Positions 33,095-50,500 of a stretch of DNA of 64,000 bases are shown piece after piece. Position 1 is the stretch's first letter; each line of letters begins with the position of its first letter. Source of the DNA: the human T2T-CHM13v2.0 reference genome, Homo sapiens. The DNA lies in assembly GCF_009914755.1 (NCBI RefSeq), contig NC_060928.1; one strand, given 5' to 3'. The translations under genes and the position numbers were made by a program. The notes under the pieces are model-generated. The model saw only the letters and a program-made list of their open reading frames with translations. It had not been told where the DNA came from and did no database searches.

Positions 33095-33190
33095 CACTCT
33101 CCCTTCTATTTCTATCTCTTTCTCTCTTTCTCTCTCTCTCTCTCTCACTCCTTTCCTCCCCTCCTTCTTTTTTCTTTCTCTTTCTTTCTG
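33095..33190. repeat. CT-rich low-complexity tract
   Basis: Seen directly. Confidence 0.8.
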
Positions 33191-35184
33191 GAATTTTAAT
33201 TATAACTACCTCATCTCATTGTTTACTTATCACATAGTAAACTTTTTATTCCTTGGCTTGATTCTTGTTTCTTTCCTTTACTTAATTCAACTTAGATTCA
33301 TTTTTTTAATTTTCTTCAAAAGTCTTTCACATTAAAGTGGAAAATGATTATAAGTATTGTGCAGCTGCAAGTATATTCAGAGATATATATGAGCATATTG
33401 ACAACCAAGAGAAATATACAGCATATGCCCTCACTTGCAAGTTGCAATATCTGGTTGATTAGCTTAGAAAAGTTGTTCTCAATGTCTGTACACTTCAACA
33501 GTTATTATGCAAATTTTGCCCAAAGCAACATTTTCATATATATGCCCCTTCATTTATATGACAAACTTATATTTTGCATTTTTATTGCTCTTTAGGGTAT
33601 AAGTCTTTACACAGTAAATACAAATTTTTCAAAACAGTAGCTGTACCAGGTTTACACTTGCTTTGGAAGAGCAGGGTCATCAAGGTTATACCAAATTGCT
33701 TGATGATCGATTATCCTAGACAGCATTTCCCAAAATCTTTATACAGTATGTCACAAGCAGGTCAAAGATCATGTCACTCTTCTGCTGAGATCTCCTTCTA
33801 TAGATGCTCACTCTCACTCTGAATTATGTACCAGAAGAAGGCAGGAGGGTTTACAGAGGTTTCATGTAAGTCACAGGAAAAGTCTTAAGAATGCAGGCAA
33901 CTAGATTGCAATTGTAATGTTCCCTACAAGCCTAGCAACATACAGCAAGTCAAAGGCAAACTAAGACATAAAATAATGGAATGGCAAATATTAAACAAGG
34001 TGGACCTCCTTGATTCAGCAAACTGATAAGTGCTTTCAAATTGACTCATTATTTAAAGAAAGCAAAACAGTTATTTTATCAAATGAGAAAATACTGCTAA
34101 TACAAACTTTCCTTCATTTCTAAGAATTAATATTCTTTCTATGGTGCGCTATTTTACTGTGATATAGTATGCTCTCTCCCTCCTAACAATTTCATATGAT
34201 TTAAAGCACTCTCATATCAAAGTTTATGCCTTGATGTTACATAAAGGGTTTTGAAATTGAAGTAAAAATAATAATTTGACATTTATTAATCTTATATCAC
34301 TTCAAAGTTTTAAAAAGTGTCCTATTTTGAAACTATTTTGGTGAACTATTTTCAATATAGTTCTAATAGCAGCTATTTTGGTCATATACATTGGAAAAAA
34401 ATTCCTTGAATTATTCCAGGTAACACTTCACATATACCTACTGAATCTCATATACCCCCGAAATACGAAGAATGCTTTGTTCACTTCTCAGTGACACTGC
34501 ATCAAACAGGGCCAAAAATTGCTCCTTTATCTCATTTCGGGAGGAAGTAAGTTTATCTTACTTATGTTCCTAAATAATCAGCATAGTTTGTTCATAAAAA
34601 TGTTTTAAAATTTTTAAATATATGTTCATATGGATTCTATTTTTCTATCAAAATGAAACATAGCATTAGAAAAACTTTTATTTTTACTTTATTATATTTT
34701 TATGCCAAAACTGAAAACACTAGATATTTTATAAAGATGTTAGTTTTGCCAGTACAGAAATAGTCGTTGTGCTTTCAAATTATGAGATTGTGTCATCCCT
34801 GACTTTTTAATTAAATTAAGTCTATAAAGCCATTTAAGTGTTTACTTATTTATGCATTATTAGTTTTCACTCTGTTCTTTTTAAAAAAGTTAAAACCACA
34901 CTTCAAAAGATATAAGAAATAACTCATGTTATATATTTTATCTATAGTATTTCATATTACAATCAAAATTTAAATATGTATGTGTTTTCAAGAGTAAGGA
35001 ATCTCATCTTCAAGTTACTATTAGAACAGTGGTTCTAAAGAAATTGATGCCCCTGCGGTATGCCCAAGGCTAATCAGCCTCCCCTAAGCTTTATACTACT
35101 GTGAGTCGACCTGCTAGTATTGACTAGACACTGTCCAGAACACTATACAGAGCCTGTACTGAGGTGGGTGGAGGGGTGCAGATA

Positions 35185-35420
35185 CTGTAAAGTAGTCAGA
35201 AGCACAGACCTGAAGTGACTACCACCTTTTCTATCACTGCTCTACCGTTTGCCATACATATGATCTACAGCATGTTACCTAACCTCTCTAACATTCAGTG
35301 CCCTCAACCATCAGTGAGAGTTAATCATTGCACTTTCCTCTTAGGCTTATTGTAAAGATTTAATAAGATAATCCATGTGCCACACACTTGGTATAGTGCT
35401 TAGCACAAATTATAAATAGC
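35185..35420 (+). mobile_element. MIR
   Basis: GTTACCTAACCTCTCTAACATTCAGTG...GGCTTATTGTAAAGATTTAATAAGATAATCCATGT. Confidence 0.7.
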
Positions 35421-35894
35421 CCAAGTAGGGAAGATGCTAATTAAACTAAAGATGAAGTCCAAAGTCCTTTGTGGCTGTAAAGTTCTGAAAGCTACTCACT
35501 TTTTTCTCTCAGGAAATATTAATTCTGTAGGCATAAAATGAGTAGTGCATACTGTCCTTAGTGCAGCATCTGAATATATACATGCAAATTAAAAGTGTAG
35601 TTGTAATCAAAACATGCTTTTCTCTATTGCTTTATGGAGAAATAGAGCTGACCCACTTCAATAATGTAGCAAGTGAAGAGAGAAAGAAAGTAGTCAAAAT
35701 CTCAGCAGATTAATGGCAAGACTGCTCCCCTAGTAATCTAAAATTACTACACTGTTCTTTGGAGACGCACTATATAAATTCAAGTAAACAAATAATAACC
35801 CAAGAGTAGGAAACTTGTTTTATTCAAATATCATTTCTGTGGGAGGATTTGGCATTTTATTCTTTATACTTGGGAGTGAAGATAGTAATGGTAA

Positions 35895-36110
35895 ATAATT
35901 GCAACTATTTATTGTGAAGTTACTATGTCTCAGGAACTATGTTAATCACTTGGCATACATTATCTAGCACATTTTTCATTAAAATCCTATGATGAAGGCT
36001 CAGAAAAACTAAGTAATTTTTTTTTAATTCGCAGTTATTAAAAGGTAGAACTGGGATTCAAATTCAGATGTGATGAATTCCAAAACCAGGCTCTTTCCAC
36101 TATGCCACTT
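35895..36110 (-). mobile_element. MIR
   Basis: ATTTATTG..TACTATGTCTCAGG...GGTAGAACTGGGATTCAAATTCAG...CTCTTTCCACTATGCC. Confidence 0.75.
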
Positions 36111-37124
36111 AACTCCCCGGTAATAACTGAACAACTTGCATCTGTCACATGACAAGATACTATCATGGCATTGAAGACCAAATGAGACAGGAGGTGGCAT
36201 TGGGACTGCCAATGTTGTCAGTTCTGGACACATTTATGGAAGCTATTTTAAGACTTTTTTTTTTTCTTTCTTATGATGGAGAAAAAAATAACATCAAAGG
36301 GAAGATCTGTCTTCATTTACAAAACAGAAACAAGGGAAATTTAGCTAATACCAGAAAATTAGTCAACCTCATTCTTTCCACCCCAATTGTGAAGAGAGAA
36401 ATGATTTTTAAATGAAACAGAAATTTTGTTTCCAAGCTTGACTTACTCTCTCAAGTTTCTAATATGTTTACAATATCAATTGTCTCCATCTATCTTGTCA
36501 TTCCTGACCACATGTACTATAACAAATAATTTCCCTTCAAACAAAGTGCTCTAAAGCAAGAGTTACTAAAAAGACTCTGGTCATTTTTACTATTTACTGG
36601 CATTTGAGATAATAAAGTAGATAGATTCCTAGTCTGTGTCCAGTCTTCCTGTATCATTCACCACTTGCCTATATACTTCAGGATACACAGAACTAGGGTG
36701 CCTCATTGAAATTCAAAAATGTCAAAGCTTGTTTCAACTCATTTACAAATAACACAGTTATCATTCTGATCCAAAACAGGTAAGAAGTGCAGCTCAATTT
36801 ACATTTCCTCTTACCACATGAGGGCCAGCCCACAGAATCTTCAGCTTATTCTTAATCTCCAAAGTGTCATTTACTTTGAAGTATCTTGGTTTCTAAAACT
36901 AAGTGGAATTGCAGCCTACAAACAGCAACCAAAATTTCATAACTTAATACAATTATTCCTGCATGTGTTTAGATGTCATCCTTTTAAACAATAAATTAAA
37001 TATTTATGCAGTTATAGCTGATAAAAAATAAAGCTGTATTAATAAACATGTTAATGCCTATAGATAAAAATTATATCAAAGTTTATACAAGTAAATATCA
37101 AAATATTTGATTGCATTTGCCTTT

Positions 37125-37260
37125 CTATTTATTTGACACATATTTATTGAGCCTCTAATATGTGTCAGGCATTGAACTTGGCACTAAAGATACAGAAACG
37201 AACAAACCTGATGTTATCTCTGCCCTCCTATTGGCCTCTTCTCTGAATGATAAAGGAGAA
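37125..37260 (-). mobile_element. L2 3' end
   Basis: TATTTATTGAGCCTCTAATATGTGTCAGGCATTG...AAAGATACAG. Confidence 0.75.
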
Positions 37261-37839
37261 AGGGTACTATAAGTAAATTCTTTTGTCATAATAAAAATGA
37301 TGAAAAGAATGATAATCATAAACATGTGAACTTCTTGCCAGAAAACTGGAAATAAAAATCCAATGGGACTTCTTCATACACTAGTATTTGTACTCATACA
37401 GCAAGGTTTAATAGAATTTTTTTATTTTAGGGTAGAAGATATGTCAAATCAGTTTACATTTCTCAGCCAGTAATTATATTTTCTTACAAGTGGCTATTAC
37501 ATTTTTAGAGACAGACACAACAAATAATAAGAGGTTTTATTTGAAAGGAGAAACAAGCATGTGGGGTTTTTTTAGATGAAAGGGGTATAATAAATTTATG
37601 AGACCTCACATACAGCCATAATATAATAAATTAGAAGGATTAATAGAATTGTGAGCTACAGTAACCTGCACTAGTAGAATGCCTATTTTATGGAGCTCGA
37701 TAATACAGTTTATCATTGACTCCACGGAATTCCCACAATATATTAGCTGTGGTGTAACAATAAAGTACACACAGTAAGGGGCATGTCCCTTTTGACACAC
37801 ATTCTCTTCCCACACTTATTTTACCAGGGAAACAACTCC

Positions 37840-38035
37840 AGTGCAGTTTAATTAAACTGCAGTGCAATGAATTAGTCCAGGTCTTAGCCCTCTGACAGAG
37901 AAGGGCCTGGCAGTACCACAGGGGTTTGTCCCCTTGTGACACCGAAGAAACATCAGAAAACCTGGGAAAAAAAAAGTGTAGGTTCCCTCAAATGACAGTG
38001 TCACTGGGCAAGCCTAGAGCTGTCAATCAGGTCAT
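37840..38035. promoter_or_regulatory. Candidate enhancer: PBX-MEIS decamer, TGACAG sites and a TAATTA palindrome
   Basis: CTGTCAATCA (=TGATTGACAG) at 38020-38029, TGACAGTGTCA at 37993-38003, TGCAGTTTAATTAAACTGCA at 37842-37861. Confidence 0.35.
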
Positions 38036-39494
38036 CTAAGGAAGCACTAACCCCTTTGGAGTTTTTACATTTTGCCATTTGTTGACTGTGCATCAATGTT
38101 TTGAGGAACATCTAAATGCCTTAGGAAAGCTCTGTTATATTTCAGTAGTTGGGGACAACACCATCCTTGCTCACTTTAAACAAAAATAGCCTTGCTATTT
38201 TAAAGTCCACTGTGTATTCATAGCTAGCTTTGGAAAGTCAATCCAGAAAGTAATAACTTGAAATAAACTTAGGATGGTGATGAGTTCAAACAATCTCTAT
38301 TGGAAAGAACATAAAAATAAAAACATTTTGTTCAAAATAAAAATTATCCAGCTAAACATGGTCTAGAATATCCAACATGGAAGTGTATTACAGAAGAAAT
38401 GTTATTTCCCCAGAGTTTCTGATCAACAATGCAGTAAGGTGATATCCCCACCCCACAATGACACAGAAAATCTTGCATTATTGATGAATATTCTTATTTT
38501 ATCTGAATGCTGTTTATTAATTCATGAGAGTGTTTTGGAATTGAAAAATAAAAATTTACAAAACAATTACATTTTTAATAACTGCTTCTAGCCTTCATAC
38601 ATTGAATACTTAAGTGAACCAATACACAAAGACCTCAAAAGAATTTATTAGACAATGGCAATTAGATCTCTAATAACTCGGCTCCGCTGGAATTACTGAG
38701 CCCCATTTAAATGCCAGACATGGCACCTTAGTGATGGGTACACCATGTCGCCACCCTGCCTTTGGCTGGGGACCCTGAGAAATGACAGTCCCATTAGGTG
38801 TTGTGTAAACCAGCTGACCTCACACTCTCAGTACTTGATCTTTGCACTGCAAGTGACCATTTGTCCCTGTTGCCCAGAGATGGAACTCAGGTGATTCAGT
38901 GTAACCATTGCCTTTTCAAAAGGATAGAATAATCATTATAATTTTCTTCCTAGCGCAGATGTAAATTTGCTTAGAAAAAAATGGATAGGCAAATTAATAG
39001 CAAAAAATAGAAATTTTTATTCATAAGAAATACACTTTTAATCATTACAAAAATTATCTGGACCTGTAAATTCTGTCCAAAGGAGAGAAAGAAGATTTAT
39101 CATTGCCTGAAAATTTTCTCCTATTGCAATCTTTTTTGTGAATAAGTAAAAGTATTTCTATATTAAATTAAAAGTGAATTAAAAGTATTTTTACTAGGGC
39201 AAACACATTAACAAAGCAACCATGGAAACTAACTCATAAAAAGTAATGTTTCTCTTTCCTTTTCAAACAATGCTTAGTTTTCTGTAAATTGAGGCTCACA
39301 TAATATAAAAACACCCACCACAATATTTTTAAGCTATAGGGATAATATTATTTCCTCCATTTTTTTTTTTGTATTTTAGAAATCCCAGAATTATGACTAG
39401 TTAGTTCAAAGAGACGAATTTTTTACATTTCCAGTCTTTTGAAGCCTTTTTCTGTTCAAGTGATTTCTATAAATCTCTGTGTTGATTTCATAAT

Positions 39495-39760
39495 AGTAGC
39501 TATTACATATTAGTGATCATTATATGGAGGCACCATGCTCAGTGCTTTATAGAGTATATTTCATGGTTGTTTCATTTTTATTCTCACTAGACTCATGGAA
39601 TTTTTTTATTATTATCATTTTATGAGTAAGCAAACTGAGGGTAAGTGAATTTAAATGATTTGCTCAAAGGCAACAGAGCTAATAGGTAGTAGAGCTCCGA
39701 TTCAAACCGAGTGATTCTAATATAAAAACAAATGCTGTTAAGTTCTTAGCTACACCATAT
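39495..39760 (-). mobile_element. MIR
   Basis: CATTTTATGAGTAAGCAAACTGAGG...TTGCTCAAAGGCAACAGAGCTAATAGGTAGTAGAGC. Confidence 0.75.
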
Positions 39761-40509
39761 TTTAAAGTTAAAATTTTGTAGGTATTTTAGCACCAGCAAA
39801 TATTTTCTTACCATATTTTCTTTGAAAAAAATCACCCAATTTTTTCAACAGGATTCTTAAGAGATTGAGTTTATCTCTTGTTTCTCTAGACCCATCCTAT
39901 TATGTAGTGACAAGGCTAAAAAATTTTCCTTGTTGATGAAGCCACTTGTTTAGTCTGAACTCACTTCTCTTTAGAAATAAGGTTTTTCACATACATTGTG
40001 CTCTTGCCCCTTCCTTATGCACCTGGGCCTCCACAGGAAGGGAGAAGTAGAAAAATTTCTTTCCACTGGACATGCATCTCTAGCACCGAATAAAAAGTAT
40101 TGCCTTCATTGTTGCTGGAAGAAATCTAACTCAAATTCAAAGTTTTGACAAGCTACCTATAACTAACTTCCTCCCCATCATTCCCTTCCACCTTCCAAAA
40201 CAACCTTTGATTACACAAATTAGGATTCATTTACAGTGGGAATGTATTATTTAATCATTTTTTAATTTATTGGAATTATTATACAATATAAAGAACCATG
40301 TGTCGGTGAACTCAGCATCTTGGTTTTAATATCCATGGCCCTTGTTTTCCCCATTTTTTATATTCCCTTCTTTGCTCACTTTACAGTATTTATGAAACAG
40401 TGTTTTGTATCATTCCTTGAATTTTTTATTCTGAAATGCCAAGTATGTTAATGAAAAATAAAAATTTTGACAATGTCAAAGTTCTCATATATTTAGAACT
40501 GACATTCTG

Positions 40510-43600
<3,091 letters not shown>

Positions 43601-43689
43601 ATAAACTTTTTTCTTTCTTAGAAGGGAGACTCCAGGAGAGACACAAACTTTTAATACGCACATAAAAGCAACACTAACCACATAATATT

Positions 43690-44055
43690 ATTCGGCGATC
43701 AAAAGGAACAAACTTCTGGCCATTTTTGAAAAGATAAAATTATAGATTAGCAGTTGCCAAGGCCTAGGGATAAAGGATAAAGGGTGAAGCTATAAAGAAG
43801 TAGCAAGAAGGAGATCTCTGTGATGATGGCATAGTTCTGCATCTTGATTGCTTGCACAAATCTACACATGTGATTAAAGTAACAGAACTATACACATATG
43901 TAATACCAATGCCATTTTCCCAGTTTTTATATTGTATTATAAGTATATAAGAAGTAACCAATAGAGGAAACTGGGTGAAAGGTATACAAGCTCTCTCTGT
44001 TCTATTCTTTTCAATTTCCTGTAGATTGTGAACCTATAATTATTTCAAAACAAAT
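43690..44055 (+). mobile_element. L1MD/L1MC-type 3' end
   Basis: GTTCTGCATCTTGATTG...AATCTACACATGTGAT...GGAAACTGGGTGAAAGGTATAC...TATAATTATTTCAAAA. Confidence 0.7.
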
Positions 44056-44382
44056 GTTTTTTTTAAATACTCCATGTTGCTTTAACTAAAGATGTATGTA
44101 GTGAAAGTATTAAAATGTCTTGGTATTGTTTGAATATTTCTGAAAGTTACATGTTTGATACTTAAAATTTACAAAATAATAACAGCAGTGATGCAGGAAA
44201 TAGAAACTGTAAATAGCTTACAAACAAAAATGTTGGGCCCTGATATTGTGTCAAAAATTGCATGCATGTGCAAATTAAACACATATTTAGACATTCTCTT
44301 TGTTTTGTGATCATTCTTCATTCATTTCACTACAGTCTCAAACTCAGAGGGAATTGCGGTATTCCAGTTTAAGCAGAGAATA

Positions 44383-45433
44383 CAGGCATTCCTGACTCAG
44401 CATGGTTCCCATACACATGAACTTCAGTTACCATGGATTAGTTAAATAACAACTGTCCCCCAACAACATGATTCAAATTTCAGTTACCACGGTATATTAA
44501 ATGTGAGTAATTGCATAAAGTATAAACTTCGCTGCCAGCTCTTCAGTCCACAAATCACTACATAAATAACAGATGTGTACCATGATCAGTGAACAATCAC
44601 ATCACTTCTTTCAAAGTCCGTTGGTGATCGATCACTGAGCATTTGTTATTCAGGTCACACACAGTCATGTCGTGTCCTTGTCTCACGGCAACAAACAGGT
44701 GACTTTTTACAAAAATGGATAATCAAAAGAAGGAATTAGCCAACAAAGATGCAAGTGCTGGAATTATTTAAAAAACAAAACCATAAAGCTGGAAGTGAAA
44801 TTAGAATCACACATAAATGGAGTTATAGAAAAATAGTCAATTGTGTGTGTAGACAGTTGCCACTAGAGAGACTCTAGCAAGAGGAACTTAGTGAAGGCAA
44901 ACAAATGAGAAAAACGATTGTAGTGAAAAGGATGAAGATGTTCATATCCCAGAGGAAGTCACTCCAGCAAAAAGTTTCACATAAAAGGAATTCTCAGAGA
45001 TAATTTACAACATCAAAAGTGAAGAGAATAAAATGTTGGAAGCTGAACCATCTACTTAAAAAAGGTGTTTGGAAATTTGCCAAGGCAACTGTAAGTTATG
45101 CAACAAGAGGACAAGCACTGGTCAACTACAAACACATGGGAAGCTTTTACAAACAAACAAAACACATTGATTCTCAGTATTTTTAATGTTTTAAGCTACA
45201 GTGCACAAAATATTAGTTTTACTTTTTTAATTTCCCTATACATGTATAACCATGTATATATATAACTTTATTCATCATAACCCTATATATACATATATAA
45301 CCAATAGTAAGACAGTTTTTAATGTTTTGAGGAAAATAAAGACAGAACAATTTTCATTTTTACCATTATTAAAATCATTTTGCACAGTTATTTTTATTGT
45401 CCCCATACTCCTGTGTAAAACAAAGACTGCCTG
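44383..45433 (+). mobile_element. Tigger-family (Tigger6-like) non-autonomous DNA transposon
   Basis: TA|CAGGCATTCC ... GACTGCCTG|TA: TIRs and TA TSDs. Internal ATGGATAATCAAAAGA...GCTGGAAGTGAAATT resembles a transposase N-terminal remnant. Confidence 0.75.
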
Positions 45434-46479
45434 TACACAAAGGGGAGAATCTAGTTGTGCAAAAATTGAGTAAGGACTCCCTTCTCCTTTTTAAAAATAT
45501 ATTTTCTTTCTGACTTGTGAGGAAAGTAACACAAATAGGTCCTACTTATGCTTCTATATTAACCCTTGATGGTGTAATTTGCCAGTCATATCCCCTTTTT
45601 AATGGTCCTTCAAATATTTTAAGGAATAGAGCCCTTACATCAAGCAAAACCTGAAGTGGAAGAATTTATTGGATTATACTTAAGGTTTCTGGTTTATGAA
45701 GCTAATTAATGAGCATTTTGATGAATTGATGACTATACATGAGAACTGTAGTCCATTTCTCATGTATAGTCATCAGTATTCATTTTTTCCCTGCATTTTA
45801 TCTTCATTATTTAAAGCTATATAGGCACAGCTGCAAATGCTACCAGTTCAAGTTACCCTTGAAATCTGAGTACTCAATTAAGCTGAGATGGCTAGTCTAC
45901 CTATTTGAGCACATGTATGAAACTTTTCATAATCATAATCATAATAAAACCTTCCCTGGCAGCTTTAATCCGTAATATGCACAAAATAGTTAACCTAGCA
46001 GCACAATTCACACATTATAGCTACTAGTGTTAAACAATTTATAGCATACATGAATTTGTGTCTCTTTTATAATTTGTAAGTAAGCTAAAAAATTTTGTTA
46101 AAAGAAAACATTCTAAGAACTGCTGAAGCATTGAGGAACTTTATGGAACAAAATTCAGAATTCATTATGCATACCTCTGATAAATGAAGTTGGTGTCAAA
46201 AGTAAATTTGTACATAATGGTAAAGAAGTATTCTTAATTTTTATTTCACTTGACACTTCTTTCACAAGCTTCAATTCCAGTATTGCAATGTTATGCATTT
46301 CTGATTGACTACATAATATCTAGCCATCAAGGAGAAACTGGTTTCACCTTGCTGTGAAAGAAATCACAGTTTGTTTTCAAATAGAGGATCTACATATAAT
46401 TCATTATTAAACTATTTTTAAGTATATAATTTGAGATTCAATTATTAAAATTAAAGAAAATATTATAAAGAAGCTACGT

Positions 46480-46965
46480 TATAAGGGAAGTAAATTTGTG
46501 TAACTGTTCCAGAAGCAGTTTGACAGCATGAATCTAAGGTCTTTAAAATCTTCAGTCCAATGACCAATGTTAGCATGAGGCATTTATCCTGAGGAAAGAA
46601 TCTGATATATGTAAAGACATGGACATATAAGGTTCATTGTTGTGAAATAATTCATAAAAATCAGTCACTACCTAAATTACCCAATATTAAGGAACTGTTT
46701 AACTAAGCCATGGCATTTATATACAACGGAATGGTATATTGATAAGAACAGATGTTCACAAAATATATATACAGTCTTATATAAAAACAGAATGATAAGT
46801 AGTATTAAACTTTAAGTGTATTTACCTGCAGGTGATGCAATAATGAATGATTTTTCTTTCTGCCTGTCTATATTTTATATTTTTCTGTAGAAAACTAGAA
46901 CATATTGTGTTAAAATTGTGTTTAAAATAAGTAATAAATTGATTTGTTTGTTCATTTGTTTTTAA
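46480..46965 (+). mobile_element. L1ME-type 3' fragment
   Basis: Degenerate L1 3' sequence (GGCATTTATCCTGAGGAAA..., ATATACAACGGAATGGTAT). Confidence 0.5.
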
Positions 46966-47456
46966 TGAAAAAGAAAACTAAAGGAAATAGCAGTAACTCT
47001 ATATAGGCAGAACCGAGCCCTGTTCTACATAATCTCCTTATCCACAGGAGATATGATTGGGGGTAAGGGGAAAGCAGGAAATTGTGAAGGTCAGTTTAAA
47101 GATGTGTGGTGATTCTAGTATGTCTTTAAAATACTGGCCAATTGTCATGGGAATGACATTTGAAAGGCAAGATGTAATATTATACTTTAGATGTTCAATA
47201 AACAATAAATAAATGAAGGTTTAATTCCAAAATGGGTAGGACTAAGACTGTTAGTATCAAACTCTTTTTTAAAGTGAGTAAAACAAAAAAAAAGAAAGAA
47301 AGAAAGAAAAAAAAAGTGAGTAAAACAGTAACAACAGAAATTAAAGATAATGTCACAAGGCTTGCCAAATTTTGAGTATTACAGAAGTACCAATTATAAA
47401 ATATAAGCTTCCTAAAAAGCCAAAGAGCTGCTAATACTGGTTTTAATAAAAGTATA

Positions 47457-47772
47457 GGCTGGGTGCAGTGGCTCATGCCTGTAATCCCAGCATTCTGGGA
47501 GCCCGAAGTGGGCAGATCACCTGAGGTCAGGAGCTCAAGACCAGCCTGGCCAACATGGTGAAACCCCATCTCTACTAAAAACACAAAAATTAGCCGGGCA
47601 TGGTGGCACACACCTGTATTCCCAGCTACATGGGAAGCTGAGGCAGGAGAATCGCTTGAATCCAAGAGACAGAGATAGCGCCACTGCTCTCCAGCCTGGG
47701 AGATAGAATGAGACTCCATCTCAAAAAAAAACAAACAAAAAAAAACAAATAAAAATTAAAAAGAAAATAAAA
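47457..47772 (+). mobile_element. AluSx-like with right-arm deletion
   Basis: GATCACCTGAGGTCAGGAG. TSD AATAAAAGTATAG at 47445-47457 and 47773-47785. Confidence 0.9.
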
Positions 47773-48418
47773 AATAAAAGTATAGATGGCCTCTCTCTCT
47801 TTTGTTGAGGGTGTGACAGTCATCTGTGTAACTCAAAGGACCATCCATTTAACTTAAAATTGATTCCAAATTTGCTCTTTATATATTGGTCCCAATATAA
47901 TTTTAATGGCTCTTAATATCTAATTATAATAGCTGTAAATGCCATAACAGCACTTGAGGTGGTGTTATGACTTTTCCTCTTATTTGTTCATTTTCCATCT
48001 GAGGGAAAGATTGTGTGACCCAGGAATTTAAAAGCTGAAGATATCACTGTCCTTCCAACTCTGCCTTTTATAAGTCACTGGTGACTAAAAAAGAACAACT
48101 GATTTCCCTACATTCATCAGGGGATGAAATCAGAAAGACTAGATTAAGAGAATAAATATAATTTAAAAATTAATTGTTTTTTAAAGATTAATTTTATTAA
48201 AATGAAAAATAACTTTTCTGCTTATATATTTAACCAAACCATTATTGATAATTTCATTGGTAAATTAATACATTAATACATTTATATTGGGAGTGAATTT
48301 GTAGACAGAAGACAGATACATATACAGAGGCAGATGCTGTTTATTTATTTGATTTATACATTTTGATATTGAGGTGTGTATACAGAGACAGATATATACA
48401 GATATATAGGTATTTATC

Positions 48419-48642
48419 TTAGAGTTTCTCGAACTCAGTACCATTGCTATTTCTGGAGTGGATAATTCTTCATTGTGGGAAGCTGAGTGGTTAGTAGCTT
48501 CCCTGGCTTCTGCCCATTAGGCAGGAGCAGCAGTAGAACCCCCAAGTCATGACAATCAAAAATGTCTCCAGATAATGCCACATGCCTCTTGGGGAGGAGG
48601 GGAGGACAGAGGAGCAAAATTGTCCCTGGTTGAGAACCACTG
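48419..48642 (-). mobile_element. MER20 (hAT-Charlie)
   Basis: GACAATCAAAAATGTCTCCAGATAATGCCA...GCAAAATTGTCCCTGGTTGAGAACCACTG. Confidence 0.85.
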
Positions 48643-49879
48643 ATATAGATACATAATGTATAAATATATACATATATATATATATTCAGATCATTTCAAA
48701 TGCTCATGCACTTTAACCCTAGTTATTCTAAAACTAAAATTACTAAACATTCTTTTCAAAATTAAAAAAGGTAAATGAAATAAAAATGATAATCAGAACT
48801 CTAAATAAAAATTATTAATAAAAAGGGCTTGTGGTGGCATTCTTTATAATGGCTAAATTGTTTTAAATGAAATTGACTTAAATATCCAAATTTAGATGAA
48901 TGATTACCCAAATTATGATAAATTCAGAGTGAAATATTAAAAATCCATGAAAAAATATGTATAGGAAAAAGATTTTAACAATAATAGGAATGCATATGAT
49001 AATTTAAGCACTAAGATGATGCACGTAATACAGGATTTTTAAAAATGCACTAAAATACTGAATGGTTATATCATGAAATAGTAACACTTGTCTCTGGATG
49101 GTAGGATTGTATTTGACTAAGATTGATGAACAGAAGGATTGCCTTTTGCCCCTTTATGCTTTTCAGCACTTTCCAAAATATAAATTACAATAAAAGTATT
49201 TTAAAATATTTCTCTAATAGAAATTTCATAAAACAAATAAGCTTCTCCTTCTAAACTAGAAGTGGTTCTCAAAGGACCCATGTAACTTGGATGGCAAAGC
49301 AGGACCCTTCTTGGTGAAGAATTTTCCGAGACAGTTTATTTACATCATAGTTAGGCTACATCTTCAGAGCCTAAGTACAATAAGGAAAGACAGAAGCCCA
49401 TCATTCCCACCAAGGCCACTGTCAACAAATCGCCAGGTAACTCCATGGCCCCCCTATCATTGTACTCACAATGGAGAATATGCCAGAATGGAATTTGCCT
49501 GTGGCTTTTTTTGTTATTTACTGTTTTATAACAACATAATGGAAAAATGCTAACACGTTTCTGCTAAATTTGGTTATATTTTATATAAGACTTCTTTAGT
49601 AAGATAGTATAATTTTATAAAGAAAGGATCAGGACAAATATCTACAAAACAAAGCTAAATAATCAAACCAAACCGAATGAAAAGAAATAAAATTAGAAAG
49701 AACAGAAAATTATCAAGTATAGGTTTACCTAAGTCTTTTCTTAGGGAAGTTAAATAATATTAGTGTATCAATGAGCTTCTGTTTCTGTGTTTCTCCATAT
49801 TCCCTTCATTAATAAGTTGGTGGTCTATAAAAATAGCTGTTTTTCAAAACATGTAACTGTTTATTTTTTTACGGCACAT

Positions 49880-50500
49880 GATTTTTTAAAAATAAATTCA
49901 AATAGACTGAAGGCAGCAAAATAAAAATAAAGAGCTCACTCTACTTCAACCTCCAGTCTCATTCTCTGAATATTAATAGTTTCTTGGGTCTCATTACAGA
50001 AATGTTGGGTACATATACAAATTACAAATACGCAGACTCACAAACACACATATACTTATTTTATACATGTGGAAATATAATGTGCTTGTTGTTCTGCATC
50101 ATCTTTTCTCCCTTAAAAATACATGTTGGAAAGCCTTTCATGTTGGCACATAAAACTAGACTTCATTCTTTGTAATAGTGAAATGTTATTGCACATATGA
50201 TTTTACCATAATTTACTCAACAGTTTCCTACTGATGTATACTTAAGTTGCTTCAAGTTTTCACATTATAATTTGCTGAAATGAGCATCCATGTACACATA
50301 TTTTTGTACTTTTTTGTAATACAATGTTTTGTAATATTTTGTATTATTGATTCAAGTAGGATAAAGTTGCAGATTGATGGGCCAAATACATTTTATTTTA
50401 ATTTTGAGAGATATTACCAAATTATTCTATATGTAAATTTACACCAACTGATACTCCCATAAACAATGTACAGAAATAACTCTTCCCACAACTTTATCTT
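49880..50500 (-). mobile_element. L1ME-type 3' fragment
   Basis: CCATAATTTACTCAACAGTTTCCTACTGATG..CTTAAGTTGCTTC...TACTCCCATAAACAATGTA. Confidence 0.6.

Noticed and set aside
47195-47734. 179-aa ORF
   Set aside because: Antisense Alu translation running into T-rich flank, a typical spurious ORF.
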